The notes under the pieces: model-generated
The model's input: only the letters and a program-made list of their open reading frames with translations
The model's database searches: none
What the model was told of the DNA's origin: nothing
Program-made: the position numbers and the translations under genes
Shown here: positions 54,326 through 63,869 of the stretch, piece by piece
Layout of the letters: each line of letters begins with the position of its first letter
Position numbering within the stretch: position 1 is the stretch's first letter
DNA from: an uncultured Actinomycetes bacterium
GTDB taxonomy: Bacteria; Actinomycetota; UBA4738; HRBIN12
NCBI GenBank assembly: GCA_963728665.1
Contig: CAVSLG010000021.1
Coordinates: forward strand, 7,158 to 71,157
Reading direction: 5' to 3'
DNA length: 64,000 nucleotides

Positions 54326-55981
54326 GTGAATCGCGTGCTCGCTCACCTCGGTCCGCCGTTGCGTGCGCTGCGCGGCGTGCTCGGGAACCGGCCGATCACC
54401 CGCATGGAGTTGGCGTTCCTGCTGTTCAACGTCGCGGAGCCCGCCATGTGGGTGGCGATCCTCGTGTACGCGTTCAACCGTGGAGGGACGCAGGCGGTCG
54501 GGTTCGTGTCGATCCTGCTCATGGTGCCCGCCGGCTTGCTCGCTCCCGTCGTGGCGTCGCTCGGAGACCGGTTCCCGAAGGAGCGCGTGGTGCGCATCGG
54601 GTACCTCGCCCAGGCGGGCGCGTCTGCCGTGGTGGGCGTCGCGATCGCCCTCGACTCGGCGACGCCGCTCGTGTACGGGCTCGCGACGCTCGCGGCGACC
54701 ACCTACACGACCGGCAGGCCGAACCATCACGCGCTGCTGCCGGGGCTCGCCCGCACGCCTGAGGAGCTCGCGGCAGCGAACTCCGTCTCGTCGCTGATGG
54801 AAGGCGTCGGAGGAACGATCGGCGCGATCGCCGCCGCCGCGACGCTCGCGGCCTCCGGCGCGGGAGCGGTGTACGGCCTGGCGGCCGGCGCCGTGGCGGT
54901 GGCCGCCGCGCTCACGCTCAACGTCCACGCCCCCACCCGGGGTTCGCGTGCGCCGTTCCGCCCGTGGTCGCTGATCACCGACACGGTCGACGGGCTCGCC
55001 GCGGTGGTGAGGTTGCCCGAAGCCCGGGCGCCCATCGTGCTGGCGGCCGTGCTGACCGCGACGGTCGGTGCGATAGGGGTGCTCACGGTGCCGCTCGCGA
55101 TCGACACCCTCGATCTGGGGGAGCCGGGAGTGGGCTACATCACCACGATGATCAGCGTGGGATTGCTGGTCGGTGCAGCCGCGTCCGTCGTCCTCGCCAC
55201 CGGGCGCCGCCTCGCGGTCGCGATGCTCGTGTCGGCCGCGTGGTTCGCCGCGAGCGGCGTGCTGTACGGCGTGACGACCACGGTCATGGTGGCCGCGATC
55301 GCATCCATCGCCTACGGGTCGGCCATCACGCTCCTCGACGTGCTCGGGCGCACGGTGTTGCAGCGCACCGCGAGCGACGACGTCCTGACCCGTGTCTTCG
55401 GGGCGGTCGAGGCGCTCTGGATGCTCGGCTACGGCGCGGGGGCGGCGGTCGCCCCGTTCCTCGAGCGAGCCTTCGGGCTCGGGGTCGCCTTCGCGGTGTG
55501 CGGAGGCGCGATGCTCGTCGCCGCGCTGGTGGCGCTGCCCGGGCTCCGGCGCATCGACAAGCGCACGGTGGTGCCGGAGCGACAGCTGTCGCTGCTCCGA
55601 CGGATCCCGATGTTCGCGCCGCTGCCACCCCTGGACCTCGAGCGGATCGCACGCCAGCTCGACCTGATCCAGGTCGTGGCCGGGACCGAGGTGATCCGCC
55701 AGGCAGACGTGGGGGACCGGTTCTACGCGGTCGATGCGGGGTCGTTCGAGATCGTCAGGGACGGGACGACGATCGCGACCGCCGACGAGGGCGACTACTT
55801 CGGCGAGATCGCCTTGCTGCACGACGTGCCGCGTACCGCGACGGTCAGAGCGACGAGCGACGGCGCCGTCTGGGCGTTGGACCAGGAGGAGTTCCTCGCC
55901 ACGGTGACCGGGCTGCCGCAGGCCGAGAACGCGGCGCATGCGATCTCAAGGGAGCGCCGCCGCACGATGCCGAGCGCGTGA
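54326..55981 (+). CDS. MFS transporter fused to a C-terminal cyclic-nucleotide-binding domain
   Basis: 12 TM-like segments, then IPMFAPLPPLDLERIA...GDRFYAVDAGSFEIV...GDYFGEIALLHDVPRTATV. GTG start at 54326 (54335 also possible). Confidence 0.85.
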   Translation: MNRVLAHLGPPLRALRGVLGNRPITRMELAFLLFNVAEPAMWVAILVYAFNRGGTQAVGFVSILLMVPAGLLAPVVASLGDRFPKERVVRIGYLAQAGASAVVGVAIALDSATPLVYGLATLAATTYTTGRPNHHALLPGLARTPEELAAANSVSSLMEGVGGTIGAIAAAATLAASGAGAVYGLAAGAVAVAAALTLNVHAPTRGSRAPFRPWSLITDTVDGLAAVVRLPEARAPIVLAAVLTATVGAIGVLTVPLAIDTLDLGEPGVGYITTMISVGLLVGAAASVVLATGRRLAVAMLVSAAWFAASGVLYGVTTTVMVAAIASIAYGSAITLLDVLGRTVLQRTASDDVLTRVFGAVEALWMLGYGAGAAVAPFLERAFGLGVAFAVCGGAMLVAALVALPGLRRIDKRTVVPERQLSLLRRIPMFAPLPPLDLERIARQLDLIQVVAGTEVIRQADVGDRFYAVDAGSFEIVRDGTTIATADEGDYFGEIALLHDVPRTATVRATSDGAVWALDQEEFLATVTGLPQAENAAHAISRERRRTMPSA

Positions 55982-56018
55982 CGCACACGACAGCCCCCGT
56001 GTGACATCGATATCGGTA

Positions 56019-56228
56019 TCAGGTGGCAGCGTTCGTCTTTGTGATGGGGACGCCCGGTCCGCCCGTCGAGACCGTCGTGACTGCTGCGTCGTCGAGCACG
56101 ATCTGGGTGTGCACGTGGCCGCATCGGTAGAGCGTCCACCGCACGATGCCCTCATCGCCCACGTGCATGCCGGACAGCGACGGGCCGGGCCGGCCACACC
56201 GCTCGCAGAAGGGGATGGGGTCGGTCAT
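56019..56228 (-). CDS. hypothetical 69-aa protein with a CxxC ... CxH arrangement
   Basis: MTDPIPFCERCGRPG...YRCGHVH looks zinc-ribbon-like. No family recognised. Confidence 0.35.
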   Translation of the reverse strand: MTDPIPFCERCGRPGPSLSGMHVGDEGIVRWTLYRCGHVHTQIVLDDAAVTTVSTGGPGVPITKTNAAT

Positions 56229-56333
56229 GGGTGGAGCATGGCGAACGACGGACCCTCTCGGCATCGGGCCGACGACCAGTTTCCCGACCCCCCGGTACCC
56301 GTTCCTGACTAGGACTCTCGGACCGGGCGGCGC

Positions 56334-56760
56334 TCAGATCGAGATGACGATCTTGCTCCGCACGCTTCCGGACTTCATGCGTTCGAGGGCCTCGGGCACG
56401 CCCTCCAGGGGGAGCGTCGTGTCGATGCTCGGCGTCACCTGACCGGCCTCGATGAGCTCGGTCATCGGTTCGAGGTAGGCGTGGTCCTCCTTGGAGGCGA
56501 GCATCGTCAGCCGCTGACTCCCGAACGGCGACAGCGCGACCGCTCGCAGCGATCGGCCGAAGCCGCCCGTCACGGAGCCTCCCGCTTCGCCGCCGACGAT
56601 GACCAGCGTGCCGCGAGGCGTGAGCGCACGCCGCAGGTGCGAGAGCGATGCGTTCCCGCCGATGTCGAAGATCAGGGCCTCGTTGCCCTTCGAGGGCTCC
56701 GAGGACGTCACCGATGTGGCCACTTCGGCCTCGACCTGATCCTCGACGCCCTCGAGGCAT
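56334..56760 (-). pseudogene. C-terminal remnant of a zinc-type/MDR quinone oxidoreductase
   Basis: ALIFDIGGNASLSHLRRALTPRGTLVIVGGEAGG...LIEAGQVTPSIDTTLPLEGVPEALERMKSGSVRSKIVISI matches the MDR C-terminal half. The catalytic and GxGxxG regions are absent. Confidence 0.5.
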
Positions 56761-56880
56761 CGGTCACGAGATAGATCGCCGGAGGCCGCCCGTTTCTCGG
56801 AAGGTATGCCCTTCACCGGGATCAGAGGGCGGCCCTCACACGGCTTGAGAGCGGATCCGGACGAGGCATACGCTCGACGC

Positions 56881-59800
56881 ATGCCGACCTGCAAGGCGTG
56901 CGGGAACCGGAACCCCGATCGCTCGAAGTTCTGTAGCGAGTGCGGCTCCCAGCTCACAGCGGCCCCGGCGCCCGCTGAGGAGCGGAAGGTCGTGTCGGTC
57001 CTGTTCTGTGACCTCGTCGGCTTCACCGCTCGCTCAGAGGACGCCGACCCAGAAGATGTGCGCGCGATCGTCCGCCCGTACTTCGAGGCGCTCCGCCAGG
57101 ACATCGAGTCGTTCGGCGGGACCGTCGAGAAGTACATCGGCGACGCCGTCATGGCGGTGTTCGGCGCGCCCACGGCTCACGACGACGATCCGGAGCGGGC
57201 CGTCCGCGCGGGGCTGCGGATCCTCGATGCGATCGAGGAGCTCAATGCGGGCAGAGGAACGGACCTCGCCGTGAGGGTCGGGATCAACACGGGCGAGGTC
57301 GTGGTCGCGCTCGGGGCCCTGCCCGGAGCGCGGAGAGGGCATCGTCACGGGTGACGTCGTCAACACCGCCGCTCGTCTGCAGACCGGCGCGCCGGCTGGG
57401 GGGATCGCGGTCGGCGAGCTCACCTACCTGTCGACGAAGGACGTCTTCGACTACGAGCCGCTCGAGGCGGTCGCGGCCAAGGGGAAGACCCGAGCCGTGC
57501 CGGCGTGGAGGGCGCTCGCCGCTCGCGCCCGGTTCGGGACCGACATCACCCGTCGACACGAGGTCGCCCTCGTCGGACGTGATGCCGAGCGGGCGCTCCT
57601 CGAAGGCTTGCTGGACCGGACGATCCGCGACCGTTCCCGCCAGCTCGTCACGATCTTCGGCGAACCGGGTGTCGGCAAGAGCCGGATGGTCCATGAGCTC
57701 TTCGAGCTCGTCCATGGCCGTGAGGAGCCGGTGGTCTGGCGCCAGGGGCGGTGCCTGCCCTACGGCGAAGGCATCGCGTTCTGGGCCTTGGGCGAGATCG
57801 TGAAGGCCGAGGCAGGCATCCTCGAGTCCGACTCGCCCGCTCGGGCGCGAGGCGAAGCTCGACCGGGCGCTCCGGCGGGTCCCCTTCGAGTCCGGCGAGC
57901 TCGAGTGGGTCAAGGCTCGCTTGGCACCGCTCGTCGGCGTCGATCCCTCGAGCACCGCCGAACGCGACGAGTCGTTCACGGCATGGAGTCGGTTCCTCGA
58001 GGCACTCGCCGGCTCCGGTGGCGCGGTCTTCGTGTTCGAGGACGTCCATTGGGCGGACCCCGCGCTCCTCGAGTTCGTGGAGCACGTAGCAGGGCGCCCC
58101 GAGGCCGTGCCGATGCTCCTCGTCTGCACGGCGCGTCCGGAGTTCTCAGAGCGCAACCCGAGCTGGGGCGGCGAGCTCCCCAGCGCGCTGGCCCTGAACC
58201 TGGCACCCCTCTCCGGTGAGGAGACGGCGGCGCTGGTCGGCGAGCTCCTCGGAACGACCCTCCTGCCGGCCGACGTGCAGCGCCCGATCGTCGAGGCGGC
58301 CGGGGGGAACCCGCTCTTCGCCGAGGAGTTCGTCCGGATGTTGCGCGACCGTGACCTGCTCGTGGTGCGAGGGGAGACCTGGGAGCTGGCCGAGGGTGCG
58401 GAGATCGCGATCCCGGAGGGCATCCACGGGATCATCTCGGCTCGTATCGACACGCTGACGCCGGATCACAAGCGGCTCCTGCAGGATGCGTCGGTGGTCG
58501 GGAAGGTCTTCTGGTCGGGGGCGCTCGAGGCGATGGGCGATCGTCGGGCGCCGAGGTGCGCGAGGCGCTCCACGAGCTCACGAAGAAGCAGTTCCTCCGC
58601 GCGCCTCGAACGTCGTCGATGGAAGGTGAGCGCGAGTTCACCTTCTGGCACATGCTCGTCCGCGACGCCGCCTACGCCCAGATCCCGAGGGCCGCCAGGG
58701 CAGAGAAGCACACCGCCGTGGCGCGATGGCTGGAGGACCAGGCTGGCGAGCGCCTGGAGGACCTCGCGGATGTACTCGCCTACCACTCCTTCGAAGCGTT
58801 GGAGCTCGCGCGCGCCTCGGGCGGGGAGGTGTCGGGCTTGGAGCGACAGGCGCTGCGTTTCCTGGTTCTCGCAGGCGATCGCGCGCGGGGCCTCGACGCG
58901 ACCCAAGCTGGGGTCATGTACGAGCGGGCGCTCGAACTCGCTCACGACGGAGATCCGGTCCGTGCCGAGATCCTGCGTGATCTCGCCGGGGTCGAGTTGT
59001 CCCGCGGTCGGTTCGGGCGGTCCCGCGAGCTCCTCGAGGAGGCGCATACCGGCGCTGCACGCTGCAGGCGACCCAGCCGGAGCTGCTGACGCGAAGGTGT
59101 TCCTCGCCCTCGTCCAGGCATTGAGCGCGCCATCTGGATCCGATTGGCGTCTCCTCGACGAGGCGATCGCCGAACTCGAGCACCTCCCACCGGGGAACGA
59201 GCTCGTTCAGGCGTATGCGATGCGGGCGAACTGGGTGTCGTCTGCGGGGCTGTATCTCGAAGCGGTGGGCTGGGCCGATAAGTCGCTCTCCCTCGCCGAC
59301 GAGCTCGGCCTTCCCGAAAGCGGATTCGCGAGGTTCCAACGGGGCGCGGCGCGCTGCTGGAGCGGGGACACGGGAGGGCTCGAAGACATCCATCGTGGCA
59401 TCGACCTCGCCCTCGAACAGGGGCGGCTGTTCGAGGCCGCCCTCGGGCACAGCCATCTCGCGGCGGTGCTGTTGGGATCGGCGGGACCGGCCGAAGCCCT
59501 CTCGGAGATCGAGCTGGGGGCCGCCATCGCTCGCAGGAGCGGCATGCTGATGATGGCCGAGTCCATCGGACTGGGAAGCCGATCCGAGGCCCTCTACCAC
59601 CTGGGACGGTGGGACGAGCTGCTGGACGCGACGACGGCATACCTCGCTGACGGTCGCGAGGATATCGACGCCCAACTCCGCCTGGTGTGCCAGGTGTTGG
59701 TCTGCGACGTCTCGACGTGGCGTGCCGATCTCGCGCGCGCCTCCGAACTCAGCCACACCTTGTATCGGGCGGCGACCGAGTTCGATGCCCCATGGCCCGT

Positions 59801-60305
59801 CGTGGAGTTGGCCGTCGTCGCCAAGCTCGCACTGGTCACAGGAGATGTCGATCGTGCCTCGGTCGTGCTCCATGAGCTCGAGGCGTACCCGCACATGCGT
59901 GAGGACTTCGACAACATGGCCTTCTTCCCTGAGATCACGCGGGCAGCGCTCGGCGCCGTGGGCGTCGAGTTCGCGCAGCGGCTCGTGACCGGCATCCCGG
60001 AATCGCCGATGCCGCTGCGCCGGGTCTCCCTCGAGATGGTTGATGCGGAACTCGCGGAGGCCCGAGGTGACCTCGACCGAGCCGAGGAGCTCTACACGAT
60101 GGCGGAAGAAGGCTGGAGGACGTTCTCGGTGCCCGAACGGGCTCAGTCGCTCCTCGGAAGAGGTCGGTGCCTGCTCGCGATGGACGATCCAGGGTCGGCG
60201 GAAGTGCTTCGGGAGGCCCGGGAGGTCTTCGCATCTCTTGAGGCCGAGCTGTACCTCCCCGAGGTGGACTCGCTCCTGGAGCGGGCCGTCGCCCGAACCT
60301 CCTGA
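56881..60305 (+). pseudogene. zinc-ribbon / class III cyclase / STAND ATPase / TPR gene disrupted by four frameshifts
   Basis: The sensible reading jumps frames near 57320, 57845, 58540 and 59045. The joins are: ..VGINTGEVVVALGA | PERGEGIVTGDVVNTAARLQ..; ..ILESDSPA | AKLDRALRRVPFE..; ..WSGALEAMGD | AEVREALHELTKKQFLR..; ..ELLEEA | PALHAAGDPAGAADAKVFLAL... Walker A is GEPGVGKSRM. Confidence 0.75.
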
Positions 60306-60308
60306 GGG

Positions 60309-60333
60309 GCGAGGTCGCTCAGCGCGACCTCGC
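60309..60333 (+). terminator. 10-bp perfect hairpin immediately after the cyclase-STAND stop
   Basis: GCGAGGTCGC-tcagc-GCGACCTCGC, starting 4 nt after the TGA. Confidence 0.5.
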
Positions 60334-60578
60334 ATATCGCCGGCGAGCGCGGAACTCGTACCAGCGGAACTCGCCCCGGATCATGGGCGGTCTGGGTGGT
60401 GGTCGTCCCCGGGTCCTTCGGGCGAGTCCGTGCGGCCCATGGCGCCCCTCCCACGTCGAGGGCACCACCGTCGCTCACCGGGGTCGGTTCAGGTGTCCCC
60501 TGAGCGACAGGAGGCCGGTCGGATTCGTGTCACCCGGCGACTCACCGGCCGTGAAGCTCCGGTCGAGAAGGAACGTGC

Positions 60579-60951
60579 TCAGCACGCGTCTCCGAGGCAC
60601 TCCTCCTGAAAGACTTCGTCGCCGTCGGCTGTGCCCACGAACGAGCCGCGCATCGCGTCGCCGATCTCCGCTGACCCGGTCGTCGCTTCGCCTTCCAGCA
60701 GGAGCTCCTCACCGTCCGACGACGACCCGGTGCATCGCACCTCGATGCGCTCCGCGCCTCCGCTGGATGATGCTTCGCAGTCGAGAGTCCCGTCGACCTC
60801 GAAGCCCTCGCGCTCGAACGCTCCGACTCCGGCGGTCGCGGCGATGTTGCGAACGACCGTCTCGGTCCCCTGGTCGACGAGATCGCCGCGCTGCTCCTCG
60901 GTAGCACGCGACACCCACGCTGAGGAGCGCGACCGCCAACCCGACAGTCAT
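60579..60951 (-). pseudogene. small acidic Cys-containing lipoprotein-like gene with a frameshift after the signal peptide (or an assembly indel)
   Basis: MTVGLAVALLSVGVAC (signal plus lipobox-like Cys) is in one frame. The protein-like body ATEEQRGDLVDQGTETVV...EECLGDAC is in another. The switch lies near 60903-60912. Confidence 0.35.
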
Positions 60952-61031
60952 CAGCCCTCTTGCGCGACGCACCTATACGCCCGCCTCGTCTCGCTGCTCG
61001 TATCGTTGATCCATCGTGCCTGCTCCTCTGC

Positions 61032-61592
61032 TCAGCGGCCGGGGGCAGCGGTGCTGATATCGGCGAGCGGGGAACCCGGGCGCGTCTCGACCTCGATGTC
61101 GCCGAGCGACACGATGCCGATCGCCCGGTCGCTCTCGACCACGGGCAACCGCCGGACGTCGCTCGTCTTCATCCTGCGCACGGCGTCGGCGACGGAGTCG
61201 GTCGGCGCCACCGACGTCACGTGTGGCGTGTAGACCTCGGCGATCGTCGAAACCACCGGGTCCGAGCCCTCGGCCGTGGCGCGGATCGTGAGGTCGCGAT
61301 CGGTGAGGATGCCGAGGAGGCGACCCTCGTCGTCCTCGACGAGCACGTCGCCGATGTCGTTGGACCGCATCAGCTGCGCGGCGTGCTGCAGCGTGTCGGC
61401 CGGACGCACGGCCTCGGGTGCGGCCGTCATGATCTGTCGGATATCGCGCAGGTCGGTCGCCGACCCGTTCTGCACGCTCCCGGGCAGCGCCTGCCGGACG
61501 CGCTCGGGCAGCCGTTCGATGCCCTTGCGACCGGTAGCGGCCCCTGCCGCGTACCCGATGCCGAACGTCGTGATCGTGCCGAAGAGTCCCAT
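61032..61592 (-). CDS. CBS domain pair protein with N-terminal hydrophobic segment
   Basis: Two CBS motifs (IGDVLVEDDEGRLLGILTDRDL and VRRLPVVESDRAIGIVSLGDI). ATG at 61592 is preceded by GGAGGGA. Confidence 0.8.
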   Translation of the reverse strand: MGLFGTITTFGIGYAAGAATGRKGIERLPERVRQALPGSVQNGSATDLRDIRQIMTAAPEAVRPADTLQHAAQLMRSNDIGDVLVEDDEGRLLGILTDRDLTIRATAEGSDPVVSTIAEVYTPHVTSVAPTDSVADAVRRMKTSDVRRLPVVESDRAIGIVSLGDIEVETRPGSPLADISTAAPGR

Positions 61593-61645
61593 CGTATGTC
61601 CCTCCACTCGGTGATCGATGAAGCCCTACCCAGATGGGCGGACCT

Positions 61646-62023
61646 CTACTTCGAGGATGGCTTCTTCGCGCTCGACTTCTTCGCGCTCGACTTCCTCGCG
61701 GGAGCCTTGCGGGCCGACGACTTCTCGGCCTGGCTCCTCTTCTTCGCCTGGCTCTTCTTCTTGGCCGGGCTCTTCTTCTTCGGCGACGACTTCTTGGCCG
61801 AGTTCTTGCGGGAGGACGCCTTCTTCGCGTTCGACTTCCGCTCCTTCGCGAGCGCCGTGCCGCCGATCGCCGCGCCGACCGCGGCCGCGCCTGCGGCGGC
61901 GAGAAGCGGGTTCTCGGCGACCGCGGTCGCCACCTTCTTCGCGCCCGACCCGACGGCTGACGCCGCGTCTCCCGCCTTGTCGGTCACTGTCTCGATCGCT
62001 GACTGGTTCTCGGTCTCTGCCAT
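61646..62023 (-). CDS. protein with a lysine-rich AKK/SAKK repeat tail (histone-H1-like)
   Basis: The C-terminal about 60 aa read KKASSRKNSAKKSSPKKKSPAKKKSQAKKRSQAEKSSARKAPARKSSAKKSSAKKPSSK. GGAGGAG SD. The start lies 1 nt after the upstream stop. Confidence 0.6.
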   Translation of the reverse strand: MAETENQSAIETVTDKAGDAASAVGSGAKKVATAVAENPLLAAAGAAAVGAAIGGTALAKERKSNAKKASSRKNSAKKSSPKKKSPAKKKSQAKKRSQAEKSSARKAPARKSSAKKSSAKKPSSK

Positions 62024-62024
62024 G

Positions 62025-62450
62025 TCACTCCTCCTGTTCGCTCTGCGTTGTCACTGCCTCGAGGATCTTGGGCACGAGCAGTCCGAGGGTGAATGCCCCC
62101 GCGATCACGAGCGCCGGCTCCTGACGCGCGAACTCGGCGGCCTGCTGCGCGAGATGCTTGCCGTCGCGCACGAGCTCGTCGGTGTCGGCGGTCGCCAGGC
62201 GCGACGCGAGCCGGTCCGCCTTCACGGCGACCTCGTCGACGAGATCGGCTTGGCCGTCGTGGCCCTGCTCGCGCAGGCTCGAGCTCGACGCGCGCATCGC
62301 GACCGCGAACGCCTTCACCTCGACGGCTGCACGGCTCGATCGCGCATCCATCTCGGCGCGCACGCGGTCAACGGCGACGGCTCCGGCCGCCTCGGCCATC
62401 ACCTTCCCCGCGTCCTGAAGACCTTCCACCCGTTCCTCGACGCTGCTCAT
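62025..62450 (-). CDS. ElaB/YqjD-like tail-anchored stress protein (tentative)
   Basis: A helical soluble region followed by a C-terminal TM segment, PALVIAGAFTLGLLVPKIL. Confidence 0.5.
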   Translation of the reverse strand: MSSVEERVEGLQDAGKVMAEAAGAVAVDRVRAEMDARSSRAAVEVKAFAVAMRASSSSLREQGHDGQADLVDEVAVKADRLASRLATADTDELVRDGKHLAQQAAEFARQEPALVIAGAFTLGLLVPKILEAVTTQSEQEE

Positions 62451-62576
62451 GTCCCATCCATCGCTCGTGTCTGAAGGGTCCCTTCCCTCATGCGGGGTCC
62501 CGAAACATCGCCACCCGGGCGTGAGAGGCGCCGGAGAAGGGAAGGACAGGCGAGCATCACCCTGAAGGGAGCAGAG

Positions 62577-63011
62577 ATGGCAACGACCGCCCAGAGCGAG
62601 ACGAACGGACGGCGTGACGAGCCGATCACCGGCCTGTTGCGCTTGCTGATCGCCGATGTCGGCCTTATCGCGCGTCGGGAAGCCGAGCTCGCGAAGATCG
62701 AGCTGAAGGAGAAAGCGTCGAAGGCGGGCGCCGGGATCGCGCTGCTCACGACAGGCGCGGCGTTCGCGCTGTACGCGCTCGGCGTGCTGATCGCGGCGGC
62801 CGTGCTGGCGCTCGCGATCGTCCTGCCAGCCTGGGCAGCCGCGTCGATCGTGGGCGTCGTGCTGCTTGCGATCGCCGCCGGGCTCGCGCTGATCGGACGG
62901 GCGAAGCTGCGCGAGGGCGCCCCCTACGCGCCGATCCGCACGCTCGAGACCGTAGAGGAGGACATCGGATGGATGCGTCAAGAGAAGGAACAGCTGAAGG
63001 CGCTCGAGTAG
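62577..63011 (+). CDS. actinobacterial holin-X / phage holin family 3_6-like membrane protein
   Basis: LIADVGLIARREAELAKIELKEK followed by two TM helices, the typical layout of the family. GAAGGGAG SD. Confidence 0.65.
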   Translation: MATTAQSETNGRRDEPITGLLRLLIADVGLIARREAELAKIELKEKASKAGAGIALLTTGAAFALYALGVLIAAAVLALAIVLPAWAAASIVGVVLLAIAAGLALIGRAKLREGAPYAPIRTLETVEEDIGWMRQEKEQLKALE

Positions 63012-63199
63012 CGCAGATCCGGAGCGAGATCGTGGCCGCCCGGGCCAGGGTCGTGGAGACGATCGACGCCCTGGAGTACAAGGCGGACGTGTCCGCACGG
63101 CTCGCCGACGTGCTCAGTTCGACCGCGTCGGGCGTCGTCGCCCGGGTGTTGGGACGCAGCCCATCCCCGCCGCCGAAGGGTCCGGACGGCGTCGACTGA
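62969..63199 (+). CDS. DUF3618-like protein
   Basis: IRSEIVAARARVVETIDALEYKADV resembles the DUF3618 core. The ATG start overlaps the holin-X gene by 43 nt, so the start is uncertain. Confidence 0.5.
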   Translation: MDASREGTAEGARVAQIRSEIVAARARVVETIDALEYKADVSARLADVLSSTASGVVARVLGRSPSPPPKGPDGVD

Positions 63200-63281
63200 G
63201 GGGGCCAACTTCGTTTGACCTGTTGCCTCCCGGGTAGTAGTCACGACTTCATAAGCATGTCGGCTGCCCGGAGGAGGGATC

Positions 63282-63869
63282 ATGAAGAGGATGGTCGCTG
63301 CAAGCACCGGAACGCTCCTCGTCGCTGCGATGTCTGCGCTGTTCCTCGCAAGTATCCCTGCCGCAAGCGCAGGGGGCGCCTGCACGATCACCGGTACGGC
63401 TGGTGACGATCAGCTCAACGGGACCGCACGACGCGATGTCATCTGCGGCCTCGGCGGCGACGATCGGATCAGGGGTCGCGGCGGCAACGATGTCATCCGT
63501 GGCGGTGCCGGACGGGATCGCATCGATGGCAACCTTGGGCCCGACATCCTCGTGGGCGGCGGGGGCCGTGACCTGATCGACGGAGGTCAAGGCAACGATC
63601 GGATCAAAGGTGGGGCCCTCAGGGACCGCATCCTCGGAGCCCGAGGCGAAGACATCATCCGGGGCGGGAGCGGCCGTGATCGGCTGGTCGGCGGCCCCAA
63701 CGACGACCGGATCAAGGGTGGACTGCAGAACGACAGGCTCCGCGGCAACTACGGGGACGACACCCTGGACTCCCGTGACGGCTCGGGTGGGGATCGCGTC
63801 GAAGGCATGCAGGGAGCGGACACATGTGCATCCGATCCCGGTGACACGGTCTCGGGATGTGAGGCCTAA
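63282..63869 (+). CDS. secreted protein made of RTX/hemolysin-type calcium-binding repeats
   Basis: Signal peptide ending PAASA. About 10 GGxGxD-type nonapeptides (GGDDRIRGRGGNDVIRGGAGRDRIDG...). Cys residues near both ends. Confidence 0.75.
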   Translation: MKRMVAASTGTLLVAAMSALFLASIPAASAGGACTITGTAGDDQLNGTARRDVICGLGGDDRIRGRGGNDVIRGGAGRDRIDGNLGPDILVGGGGRDLIDGGQGNDRIKGGALRDRILGARGEDIIRGGSGRDRLVGGPNDDRIKGGLQNDRLRGNYGDDTLDSRDGSGGDRVEGMQGADTCASDPGDTVSGCEA

